Source: Octopus sinensis (Eukaryota). From it: a stretch of DNA of 64,000 bases. The stretch lies in contig NC_043005.1 in the NCBI RefSeq assembly GCF_006345805.1, forward strand, positions 88,040,001 to 88,104,000. Direction: 5' to 3'. Under the pieces are notes generated by a model. It had not been told where the DNA came from, did not search any database, and saw nothing but the letters and a program-made list of their open reading frames with translations. This document shows, piece by piece, positions 37,625 through 51,612 of this stretch (the first letter of the stretch is position 1; every line of letters starts with the position of its first letter). The translations under genes and the position numbers were made by a program.

Positions 37625-38037
37625 TTTCAAAAATCTCCAACAAAAAACTTTTCAACGTCCTCCAACGAACTCGAACTCACAACCTCTTCACAATGACGCA
37701 CTCGAAACCACACACACAATAACCAAAAAAAAAGAGGGGTGGTGATGATTCTTTATACCCACAAAGGGGCCACGAAGAGGGGGACATTACAAGACGGGAC
37801 ATGGGGTACATAAAGTAAAAATAAATTATGAAGTAAAGATGAATTATATGTAATGAGATGGAACGGCTTACGAACCCCCAACTCGCAGTTCCGTTTAAAT
37901 TACAATTTTACATTTTACAGTTACATATATTCCAGTTCAAAATACAATAATTTTACAATTTACAATTTTACATTTTAACATTACATATATTCTGTTCAAA
38001 ATACAACTTTACTTTTACAATTCACAATGTTACAATT

Positions 38038-39387
38038 TTAAACAATCAGTTCTATTGGACGTTCGTCCGTCATATATTCTATTAAGTCCATTTGGTCTAT
38101 TACATTTGGTAAATTGTCATACCGTACATAATGCGTTATATAAATAGCATTAAATATCTTTTTTAATTTTGTGAATGTTTCTTTTTCTATAACTGCGCCT
38201 TTTACATCGTCACCATACAGTTTTGGGTTCAACTTCACCCTGACCAACCCTTTCCTACCTGTAAGTCTCTTTTCCACTTCTGTATTCTTGATATACATCA
38301 CAACTACTTTCAGGTATTTTCCTGCAGGCCTTCTTCCCTTTTTACACGCTTCCAACTGCTCTTTCACTCTTGTCTCCCATTCTTGGTCAAACTCTGTCCA
38401 TGGCTGCTCTCTCGCCTTCTCTTTTACTTCTGTTCTTTGCGTGTTCCTCTTCTCTTTCTTTCTGTTATCTTGCTTTTGATTTTTTTCTTTTTTTGCACTT
38501 CCGGTGGTGATTCCACCCTGTTCTCTTCCTATCTTCTGTTCTTTCCTCCTCTGCACTTGCTCGTTCTTCTTCCGTATCCTCATTTAGCTGCTCTTTTGTT
38601 TCCTCCTGCACTTCTCCTCCTCCACACACGCATCTTTACACTCCTCTATTACAGCCTCCGGTGCCTTCGTCTTCACCAGCGGGCACACATCCTTCATGTG
38701 GCCCCTCACTTTACAATTATAGCAGACTGGGGGTCTTCCCTCTACCACGACTCTAAGCCGTGTCTCATCAGGGTAGACCAACTCCTCCGGGATGTTGTAC
38801 AGGTCTCGCACGGTTATGTGTGCCGAACCTGCACACCGTATATCCCCACCACAACCTCTGTTGACTTCTCCACCTTCAACCCTCCACACTATCCTTGCAG
38901 TTGAAAACCACTGCCGCCAACAACCTCTCCATATAAATTCGAGCGAAATTCTGCTAATTCTCATCCTCACTGCCCTCCTTCCGCAGTAACTTGGTAGTAA
39001 AGTCCACTTATCTGTTTTCAAAATTCTTGTTGCATTCTTTTTTGCTTCATTTTCTGTTTTATAATATACCACCACTGTGGCATATTTCCTTCCTCTTTTG
39101 AAAAATGTGGGTTCACCCTCAATTTCCTTCAGACACTTTTCTACTTCTTCCGTTTCTGCTACTTCAACTTTTTTCGACGCCACACACCATGTCCTGTACG
39201 TTATCATACGCTTCTCCGCGTTGCTTTCTTCCTCCTCGGACGGTGTGACTCTCACGCAGTCACCCTCCCTCTTCAAACTGTCGAAATACTTCTCTAGAGT
39301 TTTCTGCTCGACTACCACTTCTTCCATCTCCTGTTCACTGGCAACTAGGCCTCTGCCTGCTGCTCTCGCATAAGTCTGCTCTTGCAT
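38038..39387 (-). CDS. L1/Tx1 ORF1-like protein (~450 aa; RRM-like + CCHC knuckle + acidic linker + conserved C-terminal domain), unit 3, frameshifted
   Basis: MQEQTYARAA start, LLPSYCGRR, VVVEGRPPVCYNCKVRGHMKDVCP (CX2CX4HX4C). The first M in the track is a TTG; true ATG at 39387. Family assignment is from remembered motif similarity. Confidence 0.75.
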
Positions 39388-39802
39388 TTTCAAAAATCTC
39401 CAACAAAAAACTTTTCAACGTCCTCCAACGAACTCGAACTCACAACCTCTTCACAATGACGCACTCGAAACAAACCACACACAATAACAAAAAAAAAGAG
39501 GGGTGGTGATGATTCTTATTACCCACAAAGGGGCCACGAAGAGGGGGACATTACAAGACGGGACATGGGGTACATAAAGTAAAAATAAATTATGAAGTAA
39601 AGATGAATTATATGTAATGAGATGGAACGGCTTACGAACCCCCAACTCGCAGTTCCGTTTAAATTACATTTTACATTTTACAGTTACATATATTCCAGTT
39701 CAAAATACAATAATTTTACAATTTACAATTTTACATTTTAACATTACATATATTCCTGTTCAAAATACAACTTTACTTTTACAATTCACAATGTTACAAT
39801 TT

Positions 39803-41172
39803 AAACAATTCAGTTCTATTGGACGTTCGTCCGTCATATATTCTATTAAGTCCATTTGGTCTATTACATTTGGTAAATTGTCATACCGTACATAATGCGT
39901 TATATAAATAGCATTAAATATCTTTTTTAATTTTGTGAATGTTTCTTTTTCATAAACTGCGCCTTTTACATCGTCACCATACAGTTTTGGGTTCAACTTC
40001 ACCCTGACCAACCCTTTCCTACCTGTAAGTCTCTTTTCACTTCTGTATTCTTGATATACATCACAACTACTTTCAGGTTTTTCCTGCAGGCCTTCTTCCC
40101 TTTTTACACGCTTCCAACTGCTCTTTCACTCTTGTCTCCCATTCTTGGTCAAACTCTGTCCATGGCTGCTCTCTCGCCTTCTCTTTTACTTCCTGCTCTT
40201 TGCATGTTCTCTCTTCTTTTTCTTCTGTTATCTTGCTTTTGTTTTTCTTTTTTAGAACTTTCGGTGGTGATTCCACCCTTGTTCTCTTCCTATCTTCTGT
40301 TCTTTCCTCCTCTGCACTTGCTCGTTCTTCTTCCGTATCCTCATTTAGCTGCTCCTCCGTTTGTGCCTCCTCTGCTTTCGCTTCCTCCTGCACTTCTCCC
40401 TCCTCCACACACGCATCTTTACACTCCTCTATTACAGCCTCCGGTGCCTTCGTCTTCTCCAGCGGGCACACATCCTTCATGTGGCCCCTCACTTTACAAT
40501 TATAGCAGACTGGGGGTCTTCCCTCTACCACGACTCTAAGCCGTGTCTCATCAGGGTAGACCAACTCCTCCGGGATGTTGTACAGGTCTCGCACGGTTAT
40601 GTGTGCCAGAACCTGCACCGTATATCCCCACCACTTAACCTCTGTTGACTTCTCCACCTTCAACACCTCCACACTATCCTTGCAGTTGAAAACCACTGCC
40701 GCCAACAACCTCTCCATATTAAATTCGGGGAAATTCTGCTAATTCTCATCCTCACTGCCCTCCTTCCGCAGTAACTTGGTAGTAAAGTCCACTTATCCGT
40801 TTTCAAAATTCTTGTTGCATTCTTTTTTGCTTCATTTTCTGTTTTAAAATATACCACCACTGTGGCATATTTCCTTCCTCTTTTGAAAAATGTGGGTTCA
40901 CCCTCAATTTCCTTCAGACACTTTTCTACTTCTTCCGTTTCTGCTACTTCAACTTTTTTCGACGCCCACAACCATGTCCTGTACGTTATCATACGCTTCT
41001 CCGCGTTGCTTTCTTCCTCCTCGGACGGTGTGACTCTCACGCAGTCACCCTCCCTCTTCAAACTGTCGAAATACTTCTCTAGAGTTTTCTGTTCGACCAC
41101 CACTTCTTCCATTTCCAGTTCACTGGCAACTAGGCCTCTGCCTGCTGCTCTCGCATAAGTCTGCTCTTGCAT
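39803..41172 (-). CDS. L1/Tx1 ORF1-like protein, unit 4, frameshifted
   Basis: Track ORFs 40660-41178, 40073-40717 and 39760-40011 tile the same protein; frameshift positions differ from unit 3. Confidence 0.75.
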
Positions 41173-41523
41173 TTTCAAAAATCTCCAACAAAAAACTTTT
41201 CAACGTCCTCCAACGAACTCGAACTCACAACCTCTTCACAATGACGCACTCGAAACAAACACACCAGAATAACTCCAACTCGAAACAAACACACCACAAT
41301 AACCAAAAAAAAGGAGGCTGGCGATATTATATCTTTATTATGGGCACGATGGCCCTAATTCAGACGGGACATTACAAGACGGGACGTGGGGTACATAAAG
41401 TAAAAATAAAATATGAAATAAAGATGAATTATATATAATGAGATGGAACGGCTTACGAACCCCCAACTCGCAGTTCCGTTTAAAATACAATTGTACATTT
41501 CACAATTACATATATTCCATATA

Positions 41524-41825
41524 TTGGGCAAGTGTCTTCTACTATAGCCTCGGGCCGAATAAAGCTTGTGAGTGGATTTGGTAGACGGAAACTGAAAGAA
41601 GCCCGTTGTATATATATATATATGTATATGTATAAGTATGTATATGTTCGTGTGGCTGTGTTTGTCCCCCCAACACTTCATACCGATGCTGATGTGTTTA
41701 CGTCCCCGTCACTTAGCTGTTCGGCAAGAGAGACCGATAGAATAAGTACTAGGCTTCGACTATAGGCGGTGCTCCAGCATGGCAGCAGTCAAATGACTGA
41801 AACAAATAAAAGAATAAAAGAATAG
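41524..41825 (+). mobile_element. 5'-truncated SINE family B terminating the array
   Basis: Begins TTGGGCAAGTGTCTTCTACTATAGCC directly after the unit 5 stub. Confidence 0.85.
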
Positions 41826-42069
41826 AATATACAACTTCACATAATATATACATAGAAATTCACGCGCACACCCACACACGCACACATATATACATATATA
41901 CATATACACTCACATATATATATACATATATACATATATACATATACACTCACATATATATATACATATATACATATACATATATATATATATACATATG
42001 TACACACGCACACATATATACACATCTTGACATGAACATATGCGCATGCGTGTGTCTCTTTCATTGTGT

Positions 42070-42215
42070 TTCGTCTATATGTCCCTTTCTGTAGATGCGC
42101 GTAGGCTCAAAATGTAAAAGACTTTTTCTATTCCTGAGCATTATACTAATACATCTGTTTGTTTTGTACACCACCTGCCTTCGTCTTTTGTTGTTTTTTC
42201 GTAAACTCTCCCTAT
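42070..42215 (+). mobile_element. solo PLE-type end of the GAGCGTAGGCTC family, degenerate HHR
   Basis: CCTTTCTGTAGATGCGCGTAGGCTCAAAATGTAAAAG. Confidence 0.65.
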
Positions 42216-44199
42216 ATATATTGTGCGAGCGCATGTGTTTGTATGTATGTATGAGAGAAAGAAAAGAGACTCACGATTGTAAGTATCGAAGTAGCTTGGA
42301 ACTCAAAGACATATGTAGAATTGTGAAAAAAAATATCGGCTCTTCAGAATGTATATTTGTGAAATGATATAAATACTTGGTATCTCGAAAAAAAATGTGC
42401 AAGATAAGTAAATTCTTTTATTTTAAACTTGTACCAACAAAAACAACACCTAATATTTTATCGGTAACTTAATTTTGTTCAAATATTACACTCTTTAAAA
42501 TGTTTTCAGAAACATACTTCTGAAATATGTGCTTTAAAAAAACATGTATATCTTACTGTTTTTGTTGTTATTGTCGTTGTGTCTTTCTGTTTTTTTTATA
42601 AAATTTCCTCACCTCAGAGTTGCAGAAATAAATAAATATATAAATATATAAATAGATAAATAAATTCCTAGATTGATAGATAGGTTTGTAGGTACGTAGG
42701 TATGTATGAAGGTTGGTAAAAACACAGATATTTTATTTGACTGTCTACAAAAATACTATCGATTCACTGAGATCTCAATTATCTCGATCATCCACATTGA
42801 TATAATATAGTTATAACTACATCAAGACAGAATCATTTTAGCCGTTGATACTCAGACAAACACTCTTATCATCATATTTCGTTTACATTTATTAAAAGTG
42901 TTGAATATTGTGAAGTGCCAAACATTTCGTCGCATTGCTTTAACCTGGACACAAATGTTTTCCATTACGTCTGTTGAAAATCACACGCTGGTGAGGTTTT
43001 ATAAACCTCGGTGGCTTTCTTTCCTTTCTGTTCTTTCTCTTTTTCTTCTCTTCTTTTAGTTTCGTTTTATAGTTACATTCAACCTTATGAATGTCAGTCT
43101 CACGCATTAATTAATTACTTCATGTGTGCGACAGTTGGTATTTTATGTGTGAGTGGCATATACATCTCGCCAATAACTGGTCATCACTAGATGTAGTACA
43201 ACTGTTGTGAATTTGTCCAGGGTCGCAGAAGTGCTACGGGACTTGTGACAGTTCTTAATTGAACGTACTATGATGTTGCAAGCATCTGAAAATCATAGAC
43301 AGGCGAGACAACTCGCCCCGAATCCCTTTTAGAAGCGATGGACATCGATGTTTCACATTTTTGTGGCTGATCAACATTACATACCTGAACGAAATTGGAG
43401 GCGAACTAGTTCGTCAGTCTATGACTATACACAAAAAATGTAAAAACCATTTGCTGTTATTCCACGACGATGTATGCGCAAGAATAAATTCAAATATGAA
43501 TTAGAAGCGCTTGAATTATAACACACACACACGCACGCGTACACACAAACATGTTAAACGAACAGAATATGCATGCACATCATAGCTTGATATACACACA
43601 TGCTTGCACACACACACATACACACACTGACATACACGCACACACACATGCACACACACACAAACACGTCTGCTTGTCTCATATGCCCACACATGTCAGA
43701 TAGCCTCACACACAAACATACGTCTATATACGAGTACATACACACGTCAACACAGAGTATATACGCACATATTGCATCATATACACGTACTTATTTGGAC
43801 GCACCACACACGTACAAAATGCTTCATGCACACATGTTTGCTCACAAGCGCACGTGCGCCCATACATATGTACACGCACATTTTACTTCATACACTCGCA
43901 CTTACTTGCTCAGACACACACAAATATATACCAAGTCACTGTCGTCTCCCGTGCCACTCACGCCTCAAGCCGACGTCTTCCTCTTCCGACCATTTCAGAG
44001 TACCTTTCCCGTTTAATTCACACTTTTCTCTCTCCTCATCTATCATTTCTGAAGAAGAGCGCAGACTCGAATTGTTAGACTCCTTTAATTTTTCCTGAGC
44101 ATTAACATAATACATCCTGTTTGTTTGTCTTTCGTGTTTTCTTTATTCCTTGACCATATGTATGTATATATGTATGTATGTGTGCATATTCTATTTTCT

Positions 44200-44360
44200 A
44201 TTTTCTCTCCCTGTTTATTTCTGTGTTCCTTTCTCTCGAAGAGCGTAGGCTCGAAACGTAAAAAACTTTCTCACTTCCCGAGCGTTAAACTAATACATCT
44301 GTTTGTTGTTTACACCCGTCTTCGCCTTTTGTTTTGTTTTTTTTTGTAAATTCTCACTAT
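44200..44360 (+). mobile_element. solo PLE-type end of the GAGCGTAGGCTC family; HHR-like 44229-44264
   Basis: CTTT-CTCTCGA-A-GAGC-GTAG-GCTC-GAAA-CGTA-AAAA; ends at (TA)n. Confidence 0.7.
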
Positions 44361-44373
44361 ATATAAATATATG

Positions 44374-44464
<91 letters not shown>

Positions 44465-44580
44465 TATATAGGGTGATATATTTGAAAGGCACTAAAGTGG
44501 AAAGCTAGTTTAAGAAGTAGTACGGAGGTACAAAAAGGGAGTAGTAAACTACATATGCATATACATATATATATATATAT

Positions 44581-44627
<47 letters not shown>

Positions 44628-44641
44628 CATATGTATGTATC

Positions 44642-44673
<32 letters not shown>

Positions 44674-45329
44674 GTGTGATGAAGTACTTAGGCTTCTATC
44701 ACAGATCCGTGTCCTCTCCATGCAAATGGGAGATATATTCACATGAACTTCTGACCTGAAAGTGTGTCGTAGCCATCTTAAATGGGAAGAGCGCTGTTAC
44801 ATTTATGCGCACGTAAATGAAAGGTACAAATTTTAACGCATGTAAATTAGTGTAAAAATAAAGGAACTGCATTGGCGAAACAAACTGGCATTAAGGATGG
44901 AACTATATACAAATAAAAAAAAGATCATTTCAGAGAGATTCTTGTTTTCGGTGTAATTAGCGATAGCCTCGGTGAAATAAATTGAAAATAATATATATTC
45001 AGAATTATTAACAGAAGAAAGAAAATAAAATGGTCATGAGATGTGATATCTCTTCCTTAATTTCATGATGACTTGGTATACACACCGCATGATCAAGAAG
45101 ACAAAAGGCGGGTCCAGTTAGAGAATTAATATGAAATATCTAGGACTAAGAAAATACTTCATAGAATAGAAAGGAAGATTTTAGAATTAAATTAGGGAAC
45201 ATGATAAAATCGAAAACGAATATATTTTTTATCGATATGGTATGAATTAGGCCCAATACATTGATTGAAATTGTAATGGCGGATTACTGAGGATAAAAAT
45301 ATCATGGAAACTCAAAATATGAATAAAGG

Positions 45330-45649
45330 TTAGCTTGAAACAAGGTTAGCTTGAAAAATTACGGAGATGTACTTGCATAGCAAGTGACCTGATCTGAGAT
45401 CGTGTGCTGGAACGAAAACAATTGCAGCGTGGAAGGTGTTTATAAGCCGTTTAAAACACACAAAAACCGTTAGATTCATTTCAACATTTAAATTTAATTT
45501 GTCAAAACGCAGCACAGAATTTTGTCAGTGAACAGGTTGCGGTCTCAAAGCAACGAAAATATTTTGGCAAATTAAATTTAAATATTGAAGTGAATCTAAC
45601 GTTTTTTGTGCGCTTTTTAAATGTCTTATAAACACCTTAAACGCTGCAA
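45330..45649. mobile_element. fold-back PLE-type end
   Basis: Inverted arms 45422-45507 and 45562-45649. Confidence 0.8.
45521..45571 (+). ncRNA. type I hammerhead variant with G3-C8 core
   Basis: UUUGUCA-GUGAACA-G-GUUGC/GCAAC-GAA-AAUAUU-U-UGGCAAA; 7-bp stem I, 5-bp stem II, palindromic stem III. Confidence 0.7.
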
Positions 45650-45949
45650 AGATTTAAAAGAACTGATGAAAGAAGAACTGATGAAAAAACTTAATATTTT
45701 GTCAAAAATCAGGTAAACCAAAAAGAGGTAGATGTGAAGAGAAACCAGGTATGCAGTTTTTAATGCCAGGTCGAGCAGATGTTTACTTCTTATTTAAACT
45801 GACAGTGTGATTTGAAGGAGACCTCTCACACGGACACGGCCTTCTGACTGGCTTGGATAACCAATTCCTGGATTTTTACACCTACGGATTACTGTTACAA
45901 TTCATCCGGAGTACGCCACTGTAATCGTGATTGAAAATCATTAAAAAAA

Positions 45950-46245
45950 ATTGTCCGTGACGTTTCCACTTTTCCTCGTCCTCTTTTTACCTTTCTTCTT
46001 CTATTTCCATTTTTTCCCTTTTGTCGCCACCATTGCATTCAATATGTGACCGCGCGTGTATCGTTGACGATTTTCTTTCTCCGTCTTCCTTTCCTTGGAC
46101 CTTTCCTTTTTCTATGTTTCTGACGAAATTCTCCGTTCGAAACGTTAAATCCTCTTTCTTTCTTTCCTTTCCTGAGCGTCCAATAATACTATACTTGTTC
46201 CACGTCCTCGCGTTGTTGTTTTTTCTCTTTGTTTATGTTTGGATT
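45950..46245 (+). mobile_element. PLE-type end with degenerate HHR (about 46105-46148)
   Basis: GTTT-CTGACGA-AATTCTCCGTTC-GAAACGTT-AAAT; relative of 11345-11555; ends at (TA)n. Confidence 0.6.
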
Positions 46246-46248
46246 AAC

Positions 46249-46309
<61 letters not shown>

Positions 46310-46310
<1 letters not shown>

Positions 46311-47560
46311 GGAGTTAAACGCAGGTGTTATTAAAAATTATTTTACTTCCGACACATGTTTCGAAGATATCACTGATATTATTCCAAAGGAATAAAATGG
46401 CGTAAAATAATGTAAAATAATGTAATCTTCTCTTCAGGGAAGTGAAGAAATGAAACTCGTGAATAAGACATTTTAACAGAAAGCGATGGATAGGTATAGT
46501 GATTAACTGAACGCTATTATATTGTTTCAAAAAAACGTTATAAGATATAACGTCAGAAGTACCCTATAGAAAGAGGAGGGATAAAGTACATAAAAACTAA
46601 ATAAATGAGAAGTATATGAATATATGTATATTAAATAAAATCTCATAGACTAGGAAAAATATATATCTAGTGAATGTGAAATGTAAAAAGAAAATTAATG
46701 TTTAAATTATATACAATGATAGTAATCACTTATATGAACTAAAGGTGTGTTTCTGATAATGTTTACATCGGTATGCACACTCTATAACGGTGTTTACAAT
46801 GGGATTTTTAGAATAAAAATAAAAAATAGTTCAGAATTACAGAGAAGACAGGATTCCTTGCCTTTGTCATAAGGTATCGAGATTGAGAGAATCAACCAAT
46901 CTAAATTAAATTGTTTATTGTGGTCTTTTAGATTCCAAATTAATGTACTAAGCCATGTACTGTTACGTTTATTCCTATGCCTAAATGTAGAGTAATGATT
47001 AAAAATTCTTTTAGATAACTGTGAATACGTGCTTCGAATATAAATTTTACAGTGGTATATAGAATTTTTAATTTTGGAGTTACTTGACATAAACCTGATT
47101 CTGTTGTAATTGACTTCAGATACAATATTTCTAGTGGAATGGATGGTATTAGCTAAATTAATGTTGGTATTAGTAAATGTATTAATATTTAACAGGTTGA
47201 TATTATGTGAAGAAATAATTTGTAAGAGATTTTTAGTGTTGGAAAAACCAATCCTAACCGTATGTGAGTTGATAATAGAGTAATGCCTAGAATTCTTTGG
47301 AAAATTCCTAATAATAGCTTCACGAACTGCGATGGGAAATTGGATTTAATTTGGCTCCCATATGGAATAATTAACCAAATGGTTTTACTACTAGATATCT
47401 TATTTTTAGTGTAATTACTTTTGAAAGACTTTAATTTACCCTTAAAATGAAAATAGGGGATTAAATAAGGGTTATCGCCCTTCCTCCGTTTTGTTTTGGT
47501 GTATAAGTTAAAATTGATATCGTTAATTTCTTTACAACTAGATTTCATATCTACATTTGT
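46310..47560 (-). mobile_element. degraded Penelope-like element (thumb/linker + GIY-YIG + 3' end)
   Basis: TIWLIIPYGSQIKSNF; SIYHCKIYI..LSKRIFNHYSTFRHRNKRNSTWLSTLIWNLKD..CLLCNSELFFI; ends at (TA)n. Confidence 0.85.
46345..46443 (-). ncRNA. type I hammerhead ribozyme, fully canonical
   Basis: Stem I ACUUCC/GGAAGU, CUGAAGA, stem II GAAGAU/AUCUUC, GAAA, self-complementary ACAUGUGU, GUC; cleavage predicted between 46351 and 46350. Confidence 0.85.
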
Positions 47561-47579
47561 AAAGTTAGAATATTCTAAT

Positions 47580-47700
47580 AGACTTTGCCTTTCATCCTTT
47601 CGAGGCCGATAAAATAAGTACCTGTTGAACACTGAGGTCAATGTAACCGACCTGCCCCTCCCCTAAAATTTCTGGCTTTGTGCCAAAATTTGAAACCAAA
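47580..47700 (+). mobile_element. 5'-truncated SINE family A
   Basis: Core plus tail ending AATTTGAAACC. Confidence 0.75.
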
Positions 47701-48259
47701 GTCTTTTGTCGAATTGCAACTGTTATTCTTGCTGCCGTCTTTGTTGCTTTACTGTTACCGATGACAATAGGCACCTTGTTGGTCGGTGCTGCCGCAAGTG
47801 TAACACCTGGGTCTTCTCTTTACCACAACTGTCATATGTCATTTTTCAAAGGAGGTTCAAAGGAGTTCACAGTTCATATCATATAACTTCATCTTGAAAT
47901 TCGAATCAAGTTTACTGGTATAAAATTTGTAGAAATCTGTCTATAAATAATTAATAATGTTAATGATTTCTAAAATAACAAATGGAAGCAACGTCGCGAG
48001 AGTGGATTCAATGAACCAAATTTGCCGCCATATTTTAATGTTTTTAATTGCTTATAAACTCAGGAGTAAAAAACCGTGAGACAAACCTCGGTGGGTATCG
48101 TAATTAATCGTAATTAGTCGTAATGGTAAGCAACTAAATAGCTCAAGGCATTATGTCCGATACTCTAACGAGTATGCTACCTAATGCTCTCAATAATAAT
48201 AATAATAATAATAATAACAACAACAACAACAACAATAATAACAACAACAACAATAATAA

Positions 48260-48478
48260 TTTTGGCACAAGGTCATCCGCATCTGGCAGGGAGTAAGTCG
48301 ATTACATCAACCCCAGTGCTGGGGTTGATCTAAACTGGTATTTATTTTATCGACCCCACGAAAAGCATGAAAGACAAAGTCTAGCTCAGGGGAATTTGAA
48401 CTCAGAACGTAAAGACGAACTAAAAGCATCTAAGCAGTTTGTCCGGCGTGATAACGATTCTGCCAGTTCGCTGCCTTA
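48260..48478 (-). mobile_element. SINE family A
   Basis: Family motifs. Confidence 0.8.
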
Positions 48479-48479
48479 A

Positions 48480-49880
<1,401 letters not shown>

Positions 49881-50176
49881 TAGATAGATGTATAAGAGGC
49901 AAAGCTGATGGTGGTGAAAAGAAGGCGGAAGTCCTGCTGTTATTGAAAACAGAAGAGAGCATACCTACAAACTCTGTAAAGAAATGCACCGATCGAAAGA
50001 CAAACGTATTAATGTATAACTACAAGGACAATTATACGTATGTATAATTACAAATATGTTATCAATATTGTTATTATCATCCTCATCATCATCATTATTA
50101 TTATTATGTTTTTTCCTTCTTTCTTCAAATTTTCTTCCGAGTGTTTTCCATACACCTAGGGCTATTATTATTATTA

Positions 50177-50228
<52 letters not shown>

Positions 50229-50369
50229 ATAGTTATTCAACATTTAGTAGTTTGATGCAAATTTCTACGGCATCATTATTTATCATTCCTTCGTAACACA
50301 GTGTAGGTAAAGATGCACCGGAGTCTTTAGTGAGCTGTCAAGTCACAATAAGGACCTCTGGCAGATAAT

Positions 50370-51130
50370 ACTTACCTTAAGATGAGCACCAAACATCTGC
50401 AGGCATTCAACGATCCAAGAATGAGGAATAATATCATATACCTTCAATCCAAGCCATACTTATATTTATATGATGTTTCTTACAATGCCTCAAAACTGTT
50501 TAATCAATGACCAGGTGATCCTTGGTACCCTGAGAACTCTTTTTACATCCTTTTTGTTGTTGTTTCTTTTCATTTCAGGTTTTGTTGGAGCTCCTGGGGC
50601 CTTGCATGCGTAGCGGACTTACTACCTGCAGGCTACGGTACCATGCTATTCGTTCTTTTCAGCTATCTAATGCTTTCCTGATTATTCTGGCCGTGCCAAA
50701 GAGACAAACCTTTTGTAACAGTTCTACTGGGCACTCTATTCCGATTTCTTTTATATTCCGCTTGATGCCATCTGATACTGTCCCTAAGGACCCGACAATA
50801 ATTTGCATCTCTTCACCTTTTTCATTTTCCATAGCCGGAATATTTCGTACTGAAGAGGGTTCTATCAATTTACCTTTTCGCCTTCCTTCTTGACTATTCG
50901 CGGGTCAAAGGGGCATGCAACATCAACTTCATAACACATGTGGTGCATCTTCTTGACCACCACTAGCTCCGGTCTGTTATGCTCTAGCACCTGATCTGTT
51001 TGAATTGGGAAACCCCAGAGGATTTTGCAAGTCTCCGATTCCGCCACTCTCTGCGGTTTGTGCTCATACCACCTCTAGCTTCTCTCTAGCCCCCACTTTC
51101 CGCACAGTTTCAAGCTTTCCCTGTGTATTG
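50370..51130 (-). pseudogene. R4/Dong-type LINE remnants (RT fragment and RLE domain)
   Basis: VWLGLKVYDIIPHSWIVECLQMFG (RT, about 50380-50460); KILWGFPIQTDQVLEHNRPELVVV..VDVACPFD; IIVGSLGTVS..LQKVCLFGTARIIRKAL. Confidence 0.85.
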
Positions 51131-51289
51131 GCTACAGAAAATGTTCTAATATTGGGGCATATAAGACATCGACAGAGAAAAGTGGATATTAGTACACCTG
51201 AGAATCGAACCTATTTTTTCCATTGAGGGGCTTGTATGCCCCAATATTTTCTTTAGCCAATACACGAAGACAGGCCGACCAAAGCCTTG

Positions 51290-51585
51290 TGCAACATCGC
51301 TGGGGTTCTGTATTTTCTGCGAGACTTTCGTATCGTCTGCGTAGCTTGCAAGGGTGGCTATCCGGGCACTTGAGGACATATCTGAGAGGGCCACTATAAA
51401 AAGCAGTGGTCCAAAGACAGTGCGTTGTGGAACACCACTCACTAGTTGTGTTTTCATAGAGGTGGCTCCATTAGCCACTACTGCCCGACTTCTATCTTTC
51501 AGAAAGTCATGTAACCACTCTCCAAGTTTTCCAGCTATGCTCAGATCACGATTCACCCTGTCAAAATCTTTTGCAAACATTACTA
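51290..51585 (-). pseudogene. CR1/L2-type LINE reverse transcriptase fragment
   Basis: FAKDFDRV..WLHDFLKDR..VVANG..SGVPQRTVFGPLLF..YADDTK. Confidence 0.85.
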
Positions 51586-51612
51586 GTAAGCACCGGCATT
51601 GCTAGAAATAGA

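Larger units (their letters stand above)
35182..41519 (-). mobile_element. head-to-tail tandem array of a ~1.77-kb ORF1-only retroelement-like unit
   Basis: Units 35182-36018 (internally deleted), 36019-37736, 37737-39500, 39501-41315 and a 204-bp 3'-end stub 41316-41519. Confidence 0.95.

Noticed and set aside
43385-43418. Possible 34-nt minus-strand exon (TDELVRLQFRS, donor CAG/GTATGT)
   Set aside because: Good donor but no corroboration, and on the opposite strand to the other candidate.
47680-47886. 68-aa hydrophobic ORF resembling a signal or transmembrane peptide
   Set aside because: Starts inside a SINE tail at a non-ATG codon and lies in GCT/GTT-rich sequence.
50365-50385. Perfect splice donor AAG/GTAAGT on the minus strand
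   Set aside because: The upstream sequence is an R4/Dong RT remnant, not a host exon.
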